Assembly (NCBI GenBank): GCA_913063835.1
Contig: CAJXZV010000003.1
Span: 1-51,359 of the forward strand
Direction: 5' to 3'
Length of the DNA: 51,359 bases
Source: an uncultured Eubacteriales bacterium
GTDB taxonomy: Bacteria; Bacillota; Sulfobacillia; UBA995; UBA9673
This document shows positions 31,412-42,664 of this stretch, piece by piece. The notes beneath the pieces are model-generated. The model had not been told where the DNA came from, made no database searches, and saw only the letters and a list, made by a program, of their open reading frames with translations. The first letter of the stretch is position 1, and every line of letters starts with the position of its first letter. The translations under genes and the position numbers were made by a program.

Positions 31412-34400
31412 CTAGTCGTCGGCCCGAGACCTTTCAGCCTCCGGAGCCGCGGAAGCCCCGGGCCCGGCCGGCGAACGGTCCTCCACCTGCCCCTCACCGG
31501 GGAGGGAGACGTCTACTTCTTCGCTCCGGGCTTCCACGTCCCCGTCCTCAGCCGGCGGCTCCCCGGCCGCAGGGCCGTCCCCGACGACGCCCTCACCCGG
31601 AGCGGCCCCCTCGCCCGGCGGCTGCGCCTCGGCCTCCTCGGGTCCAGGCGCCTCGACGTCCTCCGGCAGGAGCACCTCCGCCTCTTCCTCTTCCTCCTCC
31701 TCAAGCTCCTCGCAGGTGATGCGGATGTTGCGGTAGCAGCTCATCCCGGTGCCCGCCGGAATGAGCTTCCCGATGATGACGTTCTCCTTGAGGCCCAGCA
31801 GACGGTCCCTCTTGCCCTTTATCGCCGCGTCGGTGAGGACGCGGGTCGTCTCCTGGAAGGACGCCGCGGACAGGAAGGATTCCGTCGCCAAGGCGGCCTT
31901 GGTGATGCCCATGAGCACCGGCTTGGCCGATGCGGGCTTGCCCCCCTCGGCCAGGACCTTCTCGTTGGCCTCCTCGAAGTCGAAACGCTCCACCAGACCG
32001 CCCGGCAGGAGGTCCGTGTCCCCGGGGTCCTCGACCTTGACCTTGCGCAGCATCTGCCGGATCACGGTCTCGATGTGCTTGTCGTTGATGTCGACACCCT
32101 GCATCCGGTAGACCTTCTGGACCTCACGGAGGAGGTGGAGCTGGACATCCCGCGTCCCCTTGATCTTGAGGATGTCGTGCGGGTTGACCGGTCCCTCGGT
32201 CAGTCTGTCCCCTGCCTCGACCTCCTGCCCGTCATGGACGATCAGCCGTGCCGTGTAAGGGACGACATAGGTGGCCGTCTCCCCGTCGGCGGCCGTGACC
32301 ATGATCTCACGCCGCCCGCGGCTGTCGGAAATCTGGACGGTACCGGAGATCTCGCTGATGACGGCCTGCCCCTTGGGCTTGCGGGCCTCGAAGAGCTCCT
32401 CGACCCTCGGGAGACCATGAGTGATGTCCTCTCCGGCGACACCGCCGGTGTGGAAGGTCCTCATCGTGAGCTGGGTCCCCGGCTCGCCGATGGACTGGGC
32501 GGCGATTATGCCCACGGCCTCCCCGGCGTTGACGATCCTGCCCGTGGCCAGGTCACGGCCGTAGCAGAGACTGCACACGCCGTGCTTGGTGCGGCAGGTG
32601 AGGACCGACCGGATCTCGACTTTCCGGATGCCGGCTTCGATGATCCTGTCGGCCAGCTCCTCGGTTATCTCCTCGTCAGCCGTCACCAGGACCTCGTCGG
32701 TCTCAGGGTGCCTGATGTCCTCGAGGGCGACCCGGCCCACAATGCGGGACCTGAAGTCCTCGATGACCTCGGCGCCGTCCCGAATCTCGGCGACCGGTAT
32801 GCCCAGGGTCGTCCCGCAGTCCCACTCTCTGACGATGACGTCCTGGCAGACATCCACCAGGCGCCGGGTGAGATACCCGGAGTCTGCCGTCCGCAGGGCG
32901 GTGTCGGCAAGGCCCTTGCGCGTGCCGTGGGTGGAGGTGAAGTACTCGAGGACGGTCAGCCCCTCGCGGAAGTTGGCCCTGACGGGGTGCTCTATGATCT
33001 GCCCCGCCGGGTCGGCCATCAGGCCCCGCATCCCGGCCAACTGGGAGATCTGGCTCACGTTGCCCCGCGCCCCCGAATGGGCCATCATGTAGACCGAGTT
33101 GAACTTGTCCGCCTGGAGGCTCTTCATCAGGTTGTTGGTGACCGTGTCCTTGGCCTGGTTCCAGATCTCGATGACCTTGCGGCGGCGCTCCTCGTTGGTG
33201 ATGAGGCCCCGGCGGAACTGCTGCTCCACGTTCGCGACCTTCTCGTCGGCCTCGGCCAGTATCTCCTCCTTGGAGATGGGGACCTGGAGGTCGGAGAGGG
33301 CTATGGTCGTCCCGGCCCGGGTGGCGTAGGCGAACCCGAGGTCCTTGATCCTGTCGAGCATGGCCGCCGTCGTAGCCTGGCCGCAGATGCGGTAGCACTT
33401 GGCCACGATGTCGGCCAGGACGTCGCGGTCGACCTCCTCATTGACGAACCTGAGGGGCTCGGGCAGACTGTCATTGAAGATGACACGGCCGACGGTGGTC
33501 CGGAGGAGCTCACCGTCGTACTTCACCAGGATCGGCTGGTGGAGCCTCAGCATCCCCAACTGGTAGGCCATGATGGCCTCGTCAGGGCCTGAATAGGCCT
33601 TGAGCCCCGCCTTCCGGCGGTCTTCCGGAGCGGCCTCCCCGCCCTCGGCGGCGCCCTCCTCCGCCTGTCCGGCGCCGGCTCCGGCACCGGCGCCGGCACC
33701 CTCGTCTTCTCCGTCCGGGGCCCGCTCGTCGCTCTCAATGGTCAGGTAGTAGATACCGAGGACCATGTCCTTGCTGGGCGAAACGACCGGAGTCCCGTCC
33801 TTCGGGCTCAGGAGGTTGTTGGCCGAGAGCATGAGGACCCTCGCCTCAGCCTGAGCCTCGGAGGAGAGAGGCACGTGAACGGCCATCTGGTCCCCGTCGA
33901 AGTCGGCGTTGTAGGCGGTGCAGACAAGGGGGTGGACCTTGATGGCCCGCCCCTCCACGAGGACGGGTTCGAAGGCCTGGATGCCCAGGCGGTGGAGGGT
34001 GGGCGCACGGTTGAGGAGGACGGGGTGCTCCTTGATGACCTCCTCGAGGATGTCCCACACCTCGGGACGCATCCGCTCGACCATCCGCTTGGCGCTCTTT
34101 ATGTTATGGGCGTACCCCAGGTTGACCAGCCTCTTCATCACGAAGGGCTTGAAGAGCTCCAGGGCCATCTCCTTGGGGAGGCCGCACTGGTGCAGCTTCA
34201 GCTCCGGCCCGATGACGATGACCGAACGGCCGGAGTAGTCGACCCGCTTCCCGAGCAGGTTCTGCCGGAAACGTCCCTGCTTGCCCTTCAGCATGTCGCT
34301 GAGGGATCTCAGCGGCCGGTTGCCCGGGCCGGTGACCGGCCGTCCGCGGCGGCCGTTGTCGATGAGGGCGTCAACAGCCTCCTGGAGCATCCGCTTCTCG

Positions 34401-35248
34401 TTCCGGACGATGATGTCCGGCGCCCCGAGGTCGAGGAGCCTCTTGAGACGGTTGTTCCGGTTGATGACCCGTCGGTAGAGGTCGTTGAGGTCGGAGGTGG
34501 CGAACCGGCCGCCGTCGAGTTGGACCATCGGTCTGAGGTCGGGCGGGATGACCGGTATGTACCTGAGGATCATCCACTCCGGGCGGTTGCCGGACTTGCG
34601 GAAGGCCTCGACGACCTCCAAGCGGCGGGTGGCCCGGGTCTTGCGCTGTCCGGAGGCCTGCCTTATCTCGGCCCGGAGCTCCCTGGCCATCTGGTCCAGG
34701 TCTATCTGCTCGAGGAGCTCGAGCACCGCCTCAGCGCCCATCCCGGCCTTGAAGGACTGGCCGAACTTCTCCCTGGCTTCGCGGTACTCCACCTCTGTCA
34801 GCACTTGCCGGGGGCTGAGAGTGGTCTCACCCGGGTCCGTGACGATGTAGGCGGCGAAGTAGAGGACCTTTTCCAGCGCCCGCGGTGAGATGTCGAGAAG
34901 GAGGCCCATCCGGCTCGGGATACCCTTGAAGTACCAGATGTGCGAGACGGGCGCGGCGAGCTTGATGTGCCCCATCCTTTCGCGGCGCACCTTGGACCGC
35001 GTCACCTCGACCCCGCAGCGGTCGCACACGATGCCCTTATAGCGGATCCTCTTGTACTTGCCGCAGTGGCACTCCCAGTCGCGCTGCGGCCCGAAGATGC
35101 GCTCGCAGAACAGGCCGTCGCGTTCAGGCTTCAGGGTTCGGTAGTTGATGGTCTCAGGCTTCTTGACCTCTCCCCGCGACCACTCGACGATCTGCTCGGG
35201 TGACGCCAGACCGATCTTCAGGGAGTCGAAGTTGTTCACGTCAAGCAC
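31412..35248 (-). CDS. rpoC: RNA polymerase beta' subunit
   Basis: [32 protein letters not shown] catalytic motif, [20 protein letters not shown]. Confidence 0.99.
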   Translation of the reverse strand: MLDVNNFDSLKIGLASPEQIVEWSRGEVKKPETINYRTLKPERDGLFCERIFGPQRDWECHCGKYKRIRYKGIVCDRCGVEVTRSKVRRERMGHIKLAAPVSHIWYFKGIPSRMGLLLDISPRALEKVLYFAAYIVTDPGETTLSPRQVLTEVEYREAREKFGQSFKAGMGAEAVLELLEQIDLDQMARELRAEIRQASGQRKTRATRRLEVVEAFRKSGNRPEWMILRYIPVIPPDLRPMVQLDGGRFATSDLNDLYRRVINRNNRLKRLLDLGAPDIIVRNEKRMLQEAVDALIDNGRRGRPVTGPGNRPLRSLSDMLKGKQGRFRQNLLGKRVDYSGRSVIVIGPELKLHQCGLPKEMALELFKPFVMKRLVNLGYAHNIKSAKRMVERMRPEVWDILEEVIKEHPVLLNRAPTLHRLGIQAFEPVLVEGRAIKVHPLVCTAYNADFDGDQMAVHVPLSSEAQAEARVLMLSANNLLSPKDGTPVVSPSKDMVLGIYYLTIESDERAPDGEDEGAGAGAGAGAGQAEEGAAEGGEAAPEDRRKAGLKAYSGPDEAIMAYQLGMLRLHQPILVKYDGELLRTTVGRVIFNDSLPEPLRFVNEEVDRDVLADIVAKCYRICGQATTAAMLDRIKDLGFAYATRAGTTIALSDLQVPISKEEILAEADEKVANVEQQFRRGLITNEERRRKVIEIWNQAKDTVTNNLMKSLQADKFNSVYMMAHSGARGNVSQISQLAGMRGLMADPAGQIIEHPVRANFREGLTVLEYFTSTHGTRKGLADTALRTADSGYLTRRLVDVCQDVIVREWDCGTTLGIPVAEIRDGAEVIEDFRSRIVGRVALEDIRHPETDEVLVTADEEITEELADRIIEAGIRKVEIRSVLTCRTKHGVCSLCYGRDLATGRIVNAGEAVGIIAAQSIGEPGTQLTMRTFHTGGVAGEDITHGLPRVEELFEARKPKGQAVISEISGTVQISDSRGRREIMVTAADGETATYVVPYTARLIVHDGQEVEAGDRLTEGPVNPHDILKIKGTRDVQLHLLREVQKVYRMQGVDINDKHIETVIRQMLRKVKVEDPGDTDLLPGGLVERFDFEEANEKVLAEGGKPASAKPVLMGITKAALATESFLSAASFQETTRVLTDAAIKGKRDRLLGLKENVIIGKLIPAGTGMSCYRNIRITCEELEEEEEEEAEVLLPEDVEAPGPEEAEAQPPGEGAAPGEGVVGDGPAAGEPPAEDGDVEARSEEVDVSLPGEGQVEDRSPAGPGASAAPEAERSRADD

Positions 35249-35325
35249 AGGTTATCTCCTCCGGCAGGCTTGATGGAGACACCGGTGAACACAGAGTCTG
35301 GGACACGCGGACGACCGGCGCCGCG

Positions 35326-38300
35326 TCATCCGCCCTGCTCCTCATCAGCTTCATCCTCCGCGCCTTCGGGCGGAAGGCCCGGGTCCTCCTCATCACGGGG
35401 CTCCGGGTCGGCCTCGGCTTCCTCCTCCTGCCGGTCCTCCTCCCCGCCCGTGAGGAGGGCGCGGGCCTGGCGCCGCCTGGCCTCCGCGTCCTCTTCCTCC
35501 TCGACACTGCCTTCATCCTCGGCCTCTCGTTCCGGAGCGGCCGAGGCGGCGGCACCGTCCTCGTCCGGTCTCAGCGAGAGGAAGAGCTGGTCTTCCTCGT
35601 CGGCCGCGCCGGCGAGGAAGCGCCTGGCCTCCAGGCGACGGCTGGCCGCACGGCCGAGACCGCTCGCCGCCAGCCCGCCCTCCTCATCGAGTTCCTCGCC
35701 GCCGCCGAGGTCGAGGTCCAGTTCGCGGGCCCGCTCGACGACATCGTCATCCGCCTCCCGGATCTCTATCTCACGGGAGTCCTCCGAGAGGACCTTGACA
35801 TCCAGAGCAAGGCTCTGGAGTTCCTTTATCAAGACCTTGAAGGATTCCGGCACACCGGGCTCAGGGACGTTCTCTCCCTTGACGATGGCCTCGTAGGTCT
35901 TGACCCGGCCGACGACGTCGTCCGACTTCACAGTGAGGAGCTCCTGGAGGGTATAGGCCGCACCATAGGCCTCCAAGGCCCAGACCTCCATCTCCCCGAA
36001 GCGCTGACCGCCGAACTGCGCCTTGCCTCCGAGGGGCTGCTGGGTGACAAGGGAGTAGGGACCCGTCGACCGCGCGTGGATCTTGTCGTCGACGAGGTGG
36101 GCGAGCTTCAGCATGTAGGCGTACCCGACGGTGACCCTGCTGTCGAACGGCAGCCCGGTGCGGCCGTCCCGGAGCTGGATCTTCCCGTCCCGCGGAAGGC
36201 CGGCCTTCTCCAGGTAGTCGGCGACGTCGTCCTCGGTCGCCCCGTCGAAGACCGGGCTTGAGATCCAGATACCGAGAGCCCTCGCGGCCCAACCCAGGTG
36301 GGTCTCCAGGATCTGGCCGATGTTCATCCTCGACGGGACCCCGAGGGGGTTGAGGACGATGTCCACCGGACGCCCGTCGGGAAGGAAGGGCATGTCCTCG
36401 TCGGGGAGGATCTTGGCGATGACGCCCTTGTTCCCGTGGCGGCCGGCCATCTTGTCGCCTTCCGATATCTTGCGCTTCTGGGCCACATAACAGCGCACGA
36501 GCTGGTTGACGCCGGGACCCAGCTCGTCGCCTGCCTCGCGGTAGAAGACCTTCACGTCGACGACGATGCCGCTCTCCCCGTGAGGCACCCGGAGGGAGGT
36601 GTCACGGACCTCACGGGCCTTCTCACCGAAGATGGCCCGCAGGAGCCGTTCCTCAGCCGTGAGCTCGGTCTCGCCCTTCGGGGTGACCTTCCCGACGAGG
36701 ATGTCCCCGGGCATGACCTCGGCGCCGACGCGGATGATGCCGCGTTCGTCCAGGTTCTTGAGGACGTCCTCACCGACATTCGGGATGTCCCTGGTTATCT
36801 CCTCAGGACCCAGCTTCGTGTCGCGCGCTTCACACTCGTGTTCCTCTATGTGTATGGAGGTGAACACGTCGTCACGGACGAGTCTCTCCGAGATGAGGAT
36901 GGCGTCCTCGAAGTTGTAGCCCTCCCAGGGCATGAAGGCGACGAGCACGTTCCGGCCCAGGGCCAGCTCGCCGTGGTCGGTGGAGGGGCCGTCGGCGAGC
37001 AGGTCGCCTCTTTCCACCTTCTGGCCGACCCTTACGACAGGCTTCTGGTTCATGCACGTACCCTGGTTGGAGCGGCCGAACTTCATCAGTTCATAGGTGT
37101 CCTGTCCATCCTTACCGCAGTCGACGACTATCTCGCGGGCCGTGACCCTGGTGACGGTGCCGGCGCGGTGGGCCGTGACGAGGACGCCCGAGTCGTGGGC
37201 GACCCGGGCCTCGATGCCCGTCCCGACGAGGGGCGCCTCGCTCCGGATGAGCGGGACGGCCTGGCGCTGCATGTTGGCGCCCATCAGGGCGCGCCCGGCA
37301 TCGTCGTTCTCGAGGAACGGTATCAAGGCCGAGGCGACGCTCACGACCTGCTTGGGCGAGACGTCCATGTAGTCCACCTTCTCGGCCGGGACCGTGACGA
37401 TCTCGTTGCGGTGGCGGCAGGTCACCCTCCGGTTCTTGAACCACCCGTTCTCGAGCGGCTCGTTGGCCTGAGCGATGATGTTCTCCTCTTCGTCGTCCGC
37501 CGTGAGGTACTCGATCTCGTCGGTGACGACCTTCCTTTCCTTGTCGACGCGCCGGTAAGGCGTCTCGATGAAGCCGTACTCGTTCACCCGGGCGTAGGTG
37601 CTGAGATTGCCGATGAGCCCGATGTTCGGGCCTTCCGGAGTCTCGATGGGGCACATGCGTCCGTAGTGCGAGTCATGGACGTCGCGGACCTCGAAGCCGG
37701 CCCGCTCCCTGGTCAGACCGCCCGGCCCGAGCGCGCTCAGCCGCCGCTTGTGGGTCAGCTCGGCCAGAGGGTTGGTCTGGTCCATGAACTGTGAGAGCTG
37801 ACTGGACCCGAAGAACTCCTTGACCGCGGCCACGACCGGCCGGATGTTGATAAGGGCCTGGGGGGTGATGATGTCGACGTCCTGGATGGTCATGCGCTCC
37901 TTGACCACCCGCTCCATCCGGGCCAGGCCGATGCGGAACTGGTTCTGGAGCAGCTCGCCGACACACCTCAGGCGGCGGTTGCCGAGGTGGTCGATGTCGT
38001 CGGCCCTGCCGAGGCCCTTGTACATGGTCAACATGTAGTTGATGACGGCGACGATGTCCTGACGGGTCAGGGCCCGGACGTCCGTCGGCGGGCAGCCGTT
38101 TCCGATGACCCTCACCCGGGTGTTGCCCACCTCGACCTCGACACTGGTTATGCCGGCCGCATCGATCTTCTTGGCCTCATCACGGCCGATGGTCGTCCCG
38201 GCCGGAACGATGACGTTCCCGGCCTTGTCCCTGATGTCCTCGGCGGCGACCGTGCCGCGCAGGCGCCGCTCGAAACTGAGCTTCTTGTTGAGCTTGTACC

Positions 38301-39096
38301 GGCCCACCTTGGCGAGGTCGTAGCGCCGGGTCTCGAAGAACAGCGACTCCAGAAGACCCCTGGCACTCTCCACCGTGGGCGGCTCACCGGGACGCAGGCG
38401 CTTGTAGATCTCGATGAGAGCCTCATGTTCGGACTGGGTAGGGTCCTTGTCGAGGGTGTTGAGGATGTGCGTCGACTCGCCGAGAACCCTCAGTATCTCT
38501 TCGTTCGTGTCGTACCCGAAGGCGCGGAGGAGGACGGTCACGGGTATCTTGCGGGTCCGGTCGACCCGGACGTAGATCACGTCATGACTGTCGGTCTCGA
38601 ACTCGAGCCAGGCTCCGCGGTTCGGGATGAGGGTGCAGAAGATGAGGCGCTTGCCGGTGGCGTCGACCTGCTCGGAGTAGTAGGCGCCGGGAGACCTGAC
38701 GAGCTGGCTCACGACCACCCTCTCGGCGCCGTTGATGATGAAGGTGCCCTTCTCGGTCATGAGCGGGAAGTCGCCCATGAAGACTTCCTGCTCCTTGACC
38801 TCGCCGGTCTCGCGGTTGATGAGCCTGACGTTCACCCGCAGGGGTGCGGCATAGGTCACGTCGCGTTCGCGGCACTCGGCGACGCTGTACTTGGGTTCGT
38901 CGAGGCGGTGGTCGATGAACTCCAGGACGAGGTTCCCGGTGAAGTCCTCGATGGGGGAGATGTCCTTGAACATCTCACGGAGGCCGTCTCTCAGGAACCA
39001 ATCGTAAGACTTGCGCTGGATCTCGATGAGGTCCGGCATCTCAAGGACTTCCTTGATCCGCCCGAAATGCTCCCGTTCCCTCACGCCTTTCGGCAT
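35326..39096 (-). CDS. rpoB: RNA polymerase beta subunit
   Basis: [61 protein letters not shown]; likely ATG at 39096 after GGAGG. Confidence 0.99.
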   Translation of the reverse strand: MPKGVREREHFGRIKEVLEMPDLIEIQRKSYDWFLRDGLREMFKDISPIEDFTGNLVLEFIDHRLDEPKYSVAECRERDVTYAAPLRVNVRLINRETGEVKEQEVFMGDFPLMTEKGTFIINGAERVVVSQLVRSPGAYYSEQVDATGKRLIFCTLIPNRGAWLEFETDSHDVIYVRVDRTRKIPVTVLLRAFGYDTNEEILRVLGESTHILNTLDKDPTQSEHEALIEIYKRLRPGEPPTVESARGLLESLFFETRRYDLAKVGRYKLNKKLSFERRLRGTVAAEDIRDKAGNVIVPAGTTIGRDEAKKIDAAGITSVEVEVGNTRVRVIGNGCPPTDVRALTRQDIVAVINYMLTMYKGLGRADDIDHLGNRRLRCVGELLQNQFRIGLARMERVVKERMTIQDVDIITPQALINIRPVVAAVKEFFGSSQLSQFMDQTNPLAELTHKRRLSALGPGGLTRERAGFEVRDVHDSHYGRMCPIETPEGPNIGLIGNLSTYARVNEYGFIETPYRRVDKERKVVTDEIEYLTADDEEENIIAQANEPLENGWFKNRRVTCRHRNEIVTVPAEKVDYMDVSPKQVVSVASALIPFLENDDAGRALMGANMQRQAVPLIRSEAPLVGTGIEARVAHDSGVLVTAHRAGTVTRVTAREIVVDCGKDGQDTYELMKFGRSNQGTCMNQKPVVRVGQKVERGDLLADGPSTDHGELALGRNVLVAFMPWEGYNFEDAILISERLVRDDVFTSIHIEEHECEARDTKLGPEEITRDIPNVGEDVLKNLDERGIIRVGAEVMPGDILVGKVTPKGETELTAEERLLRAIFGEKAREVRDTSLRVPHGESGIVVDVKVFYREAGDELGPGVNQLVRCYVAQKRKISEGDKMAGRHGNKGVIAKILPDEDMPFLPDGRPVDIVLNPLGVPSRMNIGQILETHLGWAARALGIWISSPVFDGATEDDVADYLEKAGLPRDGKIQLRDGRTGLPFDSRVTVGYAYMLKLAHLVDDKIHARSTGPYSLVTQQPLGGKAQFGGQRFGEMEVWALEAYGAAYTLQELLTVKSDDVVGRVKTYEAIVKGENVPEPGVPESFKVLIKELQSLALDVKVLSEDSREIEIREADDDVVERARELDLDLGGGEELDEEGGLAASGLGRAASRRLEARRFLAGAADEEDQLFLSLRPDEDGAAASAAPEREAEDEGSVEEEEDAEARRRQARALLTGGEEDRQEEEAEADPEPRDEEDPGLPPEGAEDEADEEQGG

Positions 39097-39276
39097 GCCG
39101 TGGCTCTCCTCCCGCACGGAAAGACTCGGGACCCCCGGAACTCGGGTCAGGGGTATCCCTGGGCCATGGGTGACATGCAGGGACCTCTGTTGTAAGGAAT
39201 AAGCTTAGTGTTACCCTCCGGAGGGAGTACGATACATAGAATTCCTTCTCCTGCCCGCTGCAATAAGCAAGTTACT

Positions 39277-39305
39277 AGTGTAACACGACCCCCTTTGTTT
39301 GTCAA
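39277..39305 (-). promoter_or_regulatory. sigmaA-type promoter of rpoBC
   Basis: TTGACA-N17-TACACT with an extended -10 TG, about 180 nt upstream of rpoB. Confidence 0.75.
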
Positions 39306-39341
39306 AAGCAAATCCCGAAAATCCGTTGCCCGCAACAAGGC

Positions 39342-39375
39342 GGCGAAGGGGGGCTTCGGAGGGCCCCCCTTCGCC
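39342..39375 (-). terminator. GC-rich hairpin after rplL (probable terminator)
   Basis: 13-bp inverted repeat GGCGAAGGGGGGC...GCCCCCCTTCGCC; the U tract is weak. Confidence 0.6.
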
Positions 39376-39401
39376 CGCTGTGGGTCCGGTCGGCCTGAGT
39401 T

Positions 39402-39785
39402 CTACTTTATCTCGACGCTGGCACCCTGCTCTTCCAGCTTGGCCTTTATGGACTCGGCCTCTTCCTTGGAGACCTTTTCCTTCACCGGCTTCGGCGCCCC
39501 GTCGACCAGGTCCTTGGCCTCCTTGAGGCCGAGGCCGGTGATCTCCCGGACGGCCTTGATGACCTGGATCTTCTTGTCCCCGGCGGACTTGAGAATGACG
39601 TCGAACTCGCTCTTCTCCTCCTCGGCCGCCGCGGCGCCGGCCGCCGGAGCGGCGGCCGCGGGTGCGACGGCAACCGGAGCCGCCGCCGAGACCCCGAACT
39701 CCTCCTCGAGGGCCTTGACGAGCTGGGAGAGTTCAAGGACGGTCAGGCCCTTCACGGCCTCGATAATCTCATCGACTTTCGACAC
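39402..39785 (-). CDS. rplL: 50S ribosomal protein L7/L12
   Basis: [21 protein letters not shown]...EFDVIL...[24 protein letters not shown]. Confidence 0.99.
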   Translation of the reverse strand: MSKVDEIIEAVKGLTVLELSQLVKALEEEFGVSAAAPVAVAPAAAAPAAGAAAAEEEKSEFDVILKSAGDKKIQVIKAVREITGLGLKEAKDLVDGAPKPVKEKVSKEEAESIKAKLEEQGASVEIK

Positions 39786-39862
39786 CAGCTACACCTCCTG
39801 AAAGCTTAGGCGCCCGAAGGCACCTTCAGGCCGGGCTCCAGGGCCGGGTGGCCGGGCCCGGG

Positions 39863-40393
39863 CTACGCGGCTTGGGTCTTCTGCTCAGCGATACGGTTGA
39901 GGGCGATGACGAGCCCTCTCAGGTTGCCGGCCAGGACCCGGTGGAACGCAGCGACGGGCCCCTGTACGGTCCCTGCGAGTTGCCCGAGCAGCTCGGTCCG
40001 GGTGGGCAGGGCCGCGAGGGACTTCACCTCTTCGGCCCCCAGGACGCGCCCTTCGAGGTATCCGCCCTTGAAGGAGAGTTCCTTCTTGGTCTTTGCTCCG
40101 AACCGGCTGATCACCTTGGCCGGCGTCACCGGGTCTTCGTAGCCGAAGGCGACCCCTGTCGGACCGACGAGGAAGGGCTCGAGGCCCTCGATGCCCGCCC
40201 TCTGGGTCGCCAGCAGCACGAGGGAGTTCTTGACCACCCGAAACTCCACACCGGCCTCACGAGCCATGCTCCTGAGGAGGTTCATGTCAGCCACGGAAAG
40301 ACCCTGGAAGTCCGCAAGGACGACCGATTGCGCTCTCTTGAACTTCTCCTCGAGGACCTCCACCGTCTCTTCCTTCTGCCGGCGTGTCACCAA
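39863..40393 (-). CDS. rplJ: 50S ribosomal protein L10
   Basis: ADFQGLSV...VVKNSL...L.GPTGVAF...LAALPTR.ELL.QL. Confidence 0.97.
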   Translation of the reverse strand: MVTRRQKEETVEVLEEKFKRAQSVVLADFQGLSVADMNLLRSMAREAGVEFRVVKNSLVLLATQRAGIEGLEPFLVGPTGVAFGYEDPVTPAKVISRFGAKTKKELSFKGGYLEGRVLGAEEVKSLAALPTRTELLGQLAGTVQGPVAAFHRVLAGNLRGLVIALNRIAEQKTQAA

Positions 40394-40439
40394 CCCGACT
40401 CACCTCCCGGTCACCTGAACCGGTCCGCCCCGAAACGTC

Positions 40440-40580
40440 GAAACCCTGCGCCGCAGACGGGCGCAGGGCACCGCACGGCGGGAAGACCGCCGCCCTGATC
40501 GCCTCGGCAGGCCGGCCACACGGGGCCGCTTAGGTCTCCCGGGCTCCTCCCGGAGACACCTGCTGTCTACGGCCGGTTCA
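40440..40580 (-). promoter_or_regulatory. L10 ribosomal protein leader (autoregulatory RNA)
   Basis: Minus strand CCGTAGACAGCAGG...CTAA...CCTGCCGAGG matches the L10-leader core I recognise; directly upstream of rplJ. Confidence 0.85.
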
Positions 40581-40652
40581 CGCGTCTTGGATTTCATCCT
40601 TCGGCCCGGCCGCATCCTGCTCGGAGACGGCCCGGGCCGAAAGGTCGATGTT

Positions 40653-41345
40653 CTATTGAACGAGCTTCTGGGTGTTCACCCGAACGCCGGGCCCCATGGT
40701 CAGGGAGAGGACGACGCTCCGGAAGTACTGGCCCTTGGCCGCCGCCGGCCTGGCCTTGCTCAAGGCCTCCATCAGGGTCCTGAAGTTGTCGAGGAGCTTC
40801 TCGTCCTCGAAGGAGGCCTTCCCGATGGGAGCGTGAACGATACCGGTCTTGTCGGCCCTGAACTCGATCTTGCCCGCCTTTATCTGCCGGACCGCCTGGG
40901 CGATGTCGAAGGTGACCGTCCCCGACTTGGGGTTGGGCATGAGCCCGCGAGGGCCCAGGATACGGCCGAGCTTCCCCACCACGCTCATCATGTCCGGCGT
41001 GGCGACGGCGACGTCGAAGTCGAGCCAGCCCTCCTGGATCTTCGCGGCAAGGTCCTCGGCCCCGACATAATCGGCACCGGCCTCTTCGGCCTCCCGCGCC
41101 TTCTCCCCCTTCGCGAAGACGAGGACCTTCCTCTGCTTGCCCGTCCCCGCCGGAAGGACGACGGTCCCGCGGACCATCTGGTCGGCGTGCTTGACATCGA
41201 TGCCCAACCTCACCGCGACCTCGACCGTCTCGTCGAACTTGGCCCGCTTCGTCTCCTTCACGAGGCGGATGGCTTCCTCGGGGTCGTAGAGGCGCTCCGG
41301 GTCCACCTTCGCCGCCACTTCCCTGTAGCTTCTGGCCTGCTTCAT
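40653..41345 (-). CDS. rplA: 50S ribosomal protein L1
   Basis: AKFDETVEV...[16 protein letters not shown]...[16 protein letters not shown]. Confidence 0.99.
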   Translation of the reverse strand: MKQARSYREVAAKVDPERLYDPEEAIRLVKETKRAKFDETVEVAVRLGIDVKHADQMVRGTVVLPAGTGKQRKVLVFAKGEKAREAEEAGADYVGAEDLAAKIQEGWLDFDVAVATPDMMSVVGKLGRILGPRGLMPNPKSGTVTFDIAQAVRQIKAGKIEFRADKTGIVHAPIGKASFEDEKLLDNFRTLMEALSKARPAAAKGQYFRSVVLSLTMGPGVRVNTQKLVQ

Positions 41346-41349
41346 CGTC

Positions 41350-41775
41350 TTACTCCTCCACCGTTATACCCATACTGCGGGCCGTACCCTCGATCATCCG
41401 CATGGCCGCCTCGAGGCTTGCGGCGTTCAGGTCGGCCATCTTCGTCTGGGCTATCTCCCGGACCTGCTCCCGCGTCACCCGGCCGACCTTCTCCCGGTTG
41501 GGCACACCCGATCCCTTCTCAAGACCCGCGGCCCTCTTGAGCAGGACGGAAGCCGGGGGGGTCTTGCAGACGAAGGTGAAGGAGCGGTCTTCGAACACCG
41601 TTATCTCAACGGGAACGACCAGGCCGGCCTGCTTGGCCGTCCTTTCGTTGTACTCCTTGCAGAAGGCCATGATGTTCACGCCGTGCTGGCCCAAAGCCGG
41701 GCCCACCGGCGGGGCCGGCGTAGCCTTGCCGGCCGGTATCTGGAGCTTGATAATCGCGAGAACCTTCTTGGCCAC
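41350..41775 (-). CDS. rplK: 50S ribosomal protein L11
   Basis: [30 protein letters not shown]...GTARSMGI. Confidence 0.99.
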   Translation of the reverse strand: MAKKVLAIIKLQIPAGKATPAPPVGPALGQHGVNIMAFCKEYNERTAKQAGLVVPVEITVFEDRSFTFVCKTPPASVLLKRAAGLEKGSGVPNREKVGRVTREQVREIAQTKMADLNAASLEAAMRMIEGTARSMGITVEE

Positions 41776-41843
41776 TGGAACGAACCTCTTCTCCTGTCTG
41801 TGATGGCGCCGCCCGGACGGAGAGCCGCAACCCTGCCGACCCT

Positions 41844-42605
41844 TTAGAGCTTCTCTACCTGGCTGAAGTCGAGTTCCACAGGGGTCTCCCGGCCGAACAT
41901 CGACACGGACACCCTGAGCTTACCCTTGTCGAGGTTGATCTCCTTGACCTTTCCGATGAACCCCATGAACGGTCCGCTGATGACCTTGACGCTCTCCCCG
42001 CGTTCATAGATGACCTTCGGTCTGGGCTCGTCAACCCCCATGTGCCGCAGGATGCTCCGGACCTCGCTCGGCTCGAGCGGCACGGGCCTCGTGCCGGAGC
42101 CGACGAACCCGGTGACGCCTGGGGTGTTGCGGACCACGTACCACGAGTCGTCGTTCATGACCATTTCCACGAGAACGTATCCCGGGAAGATCTTCTTCTT
42201 GCTGATGAGCTTCCGGCCGTCCTTGTACTCGATCTGGTCCTCGGTGGGGACGATGATGCGGAAGATCTTGTCCTGCATCAGCATGGACTCGATCCGCTTC
42301 TCGAGGTTCTTCTTGACCTTGCCCTCATAGCCCGAGTAGGTGTGGACCACGTACCACTTCTTCTCGGGATGGTCGGGGTGAGCCTCGCCGCCGCCTTCCT
42401 CTTCTTCCTGTTCTTCCTGGGCCTCGGCGGCGGTCTCGGCGGCACGGTCATCCTCGTTGTCTCCGCCGTCCTGCCCGGGCCGGTCCGCCTCCGTCGGGTC
42501 TGCAGGTTCGTCCTCCACCACGGACGGAGTGTCGCCGGTCGCCGCGGCGGTGCCGGTGGACCTCAAGACGGTGTCCTCTTCGCTACCGTTTCTTTCCGTA
42601 GGCAT
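41844..42605 (-). CDS. nusG: Transcription factor NusG with an acidic N-terminal extension
   Basis: [16 protein letters not shown]...FPGYVLVEM...[12 protein letters not shown]...[17 protein letters not shown]; start most likely ATG at 42605. Confidence 0.96.
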   Translation of the reverse strand: MPTERNGSEEDTVLRSTGTAAATGDTPSVVEDEPADPTEADRPGQDGGDNEDDRAAETAAEAQEEQEEEEGGGEAHPDHPEKKWYVVHTYSGYEGKVKKNLEKRIESMLMQDKIFRIIVPTEDQIEYKDGRKLISKKKIFPGYVLVEMVMNDDSWYVVRNTPGVTGFVGSGTRPVPLEPSEVRSILRHMGVDEPRPKVIYERGESVKVISGPFMGFIGKVKEINLDKGKLRVSVSMFGRETPVELDFSQVEKL

Positions 42606-42664
42606 TCTCAAGGGGCCCGAAGGCCCCTCACCTCCAGCACGGCCCCGCCCGGCTCCCGGACCGC

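Noticed and set aside
37700-37830. Rifampicin-resistance substitutions in RpoB (and streptomycin sites in RpsL)
   Set aside because: Cluster I ([20 protein letters not shown]) and the RpsL PKKPNS/RVKDLPG motifs look wild type.
41346-41843. L1-binding leader before rplA or rplK
   Set aside because: The rplK-rplA gap is only 4 nt, and I could not recognise the L1 motif upstream of rplK.
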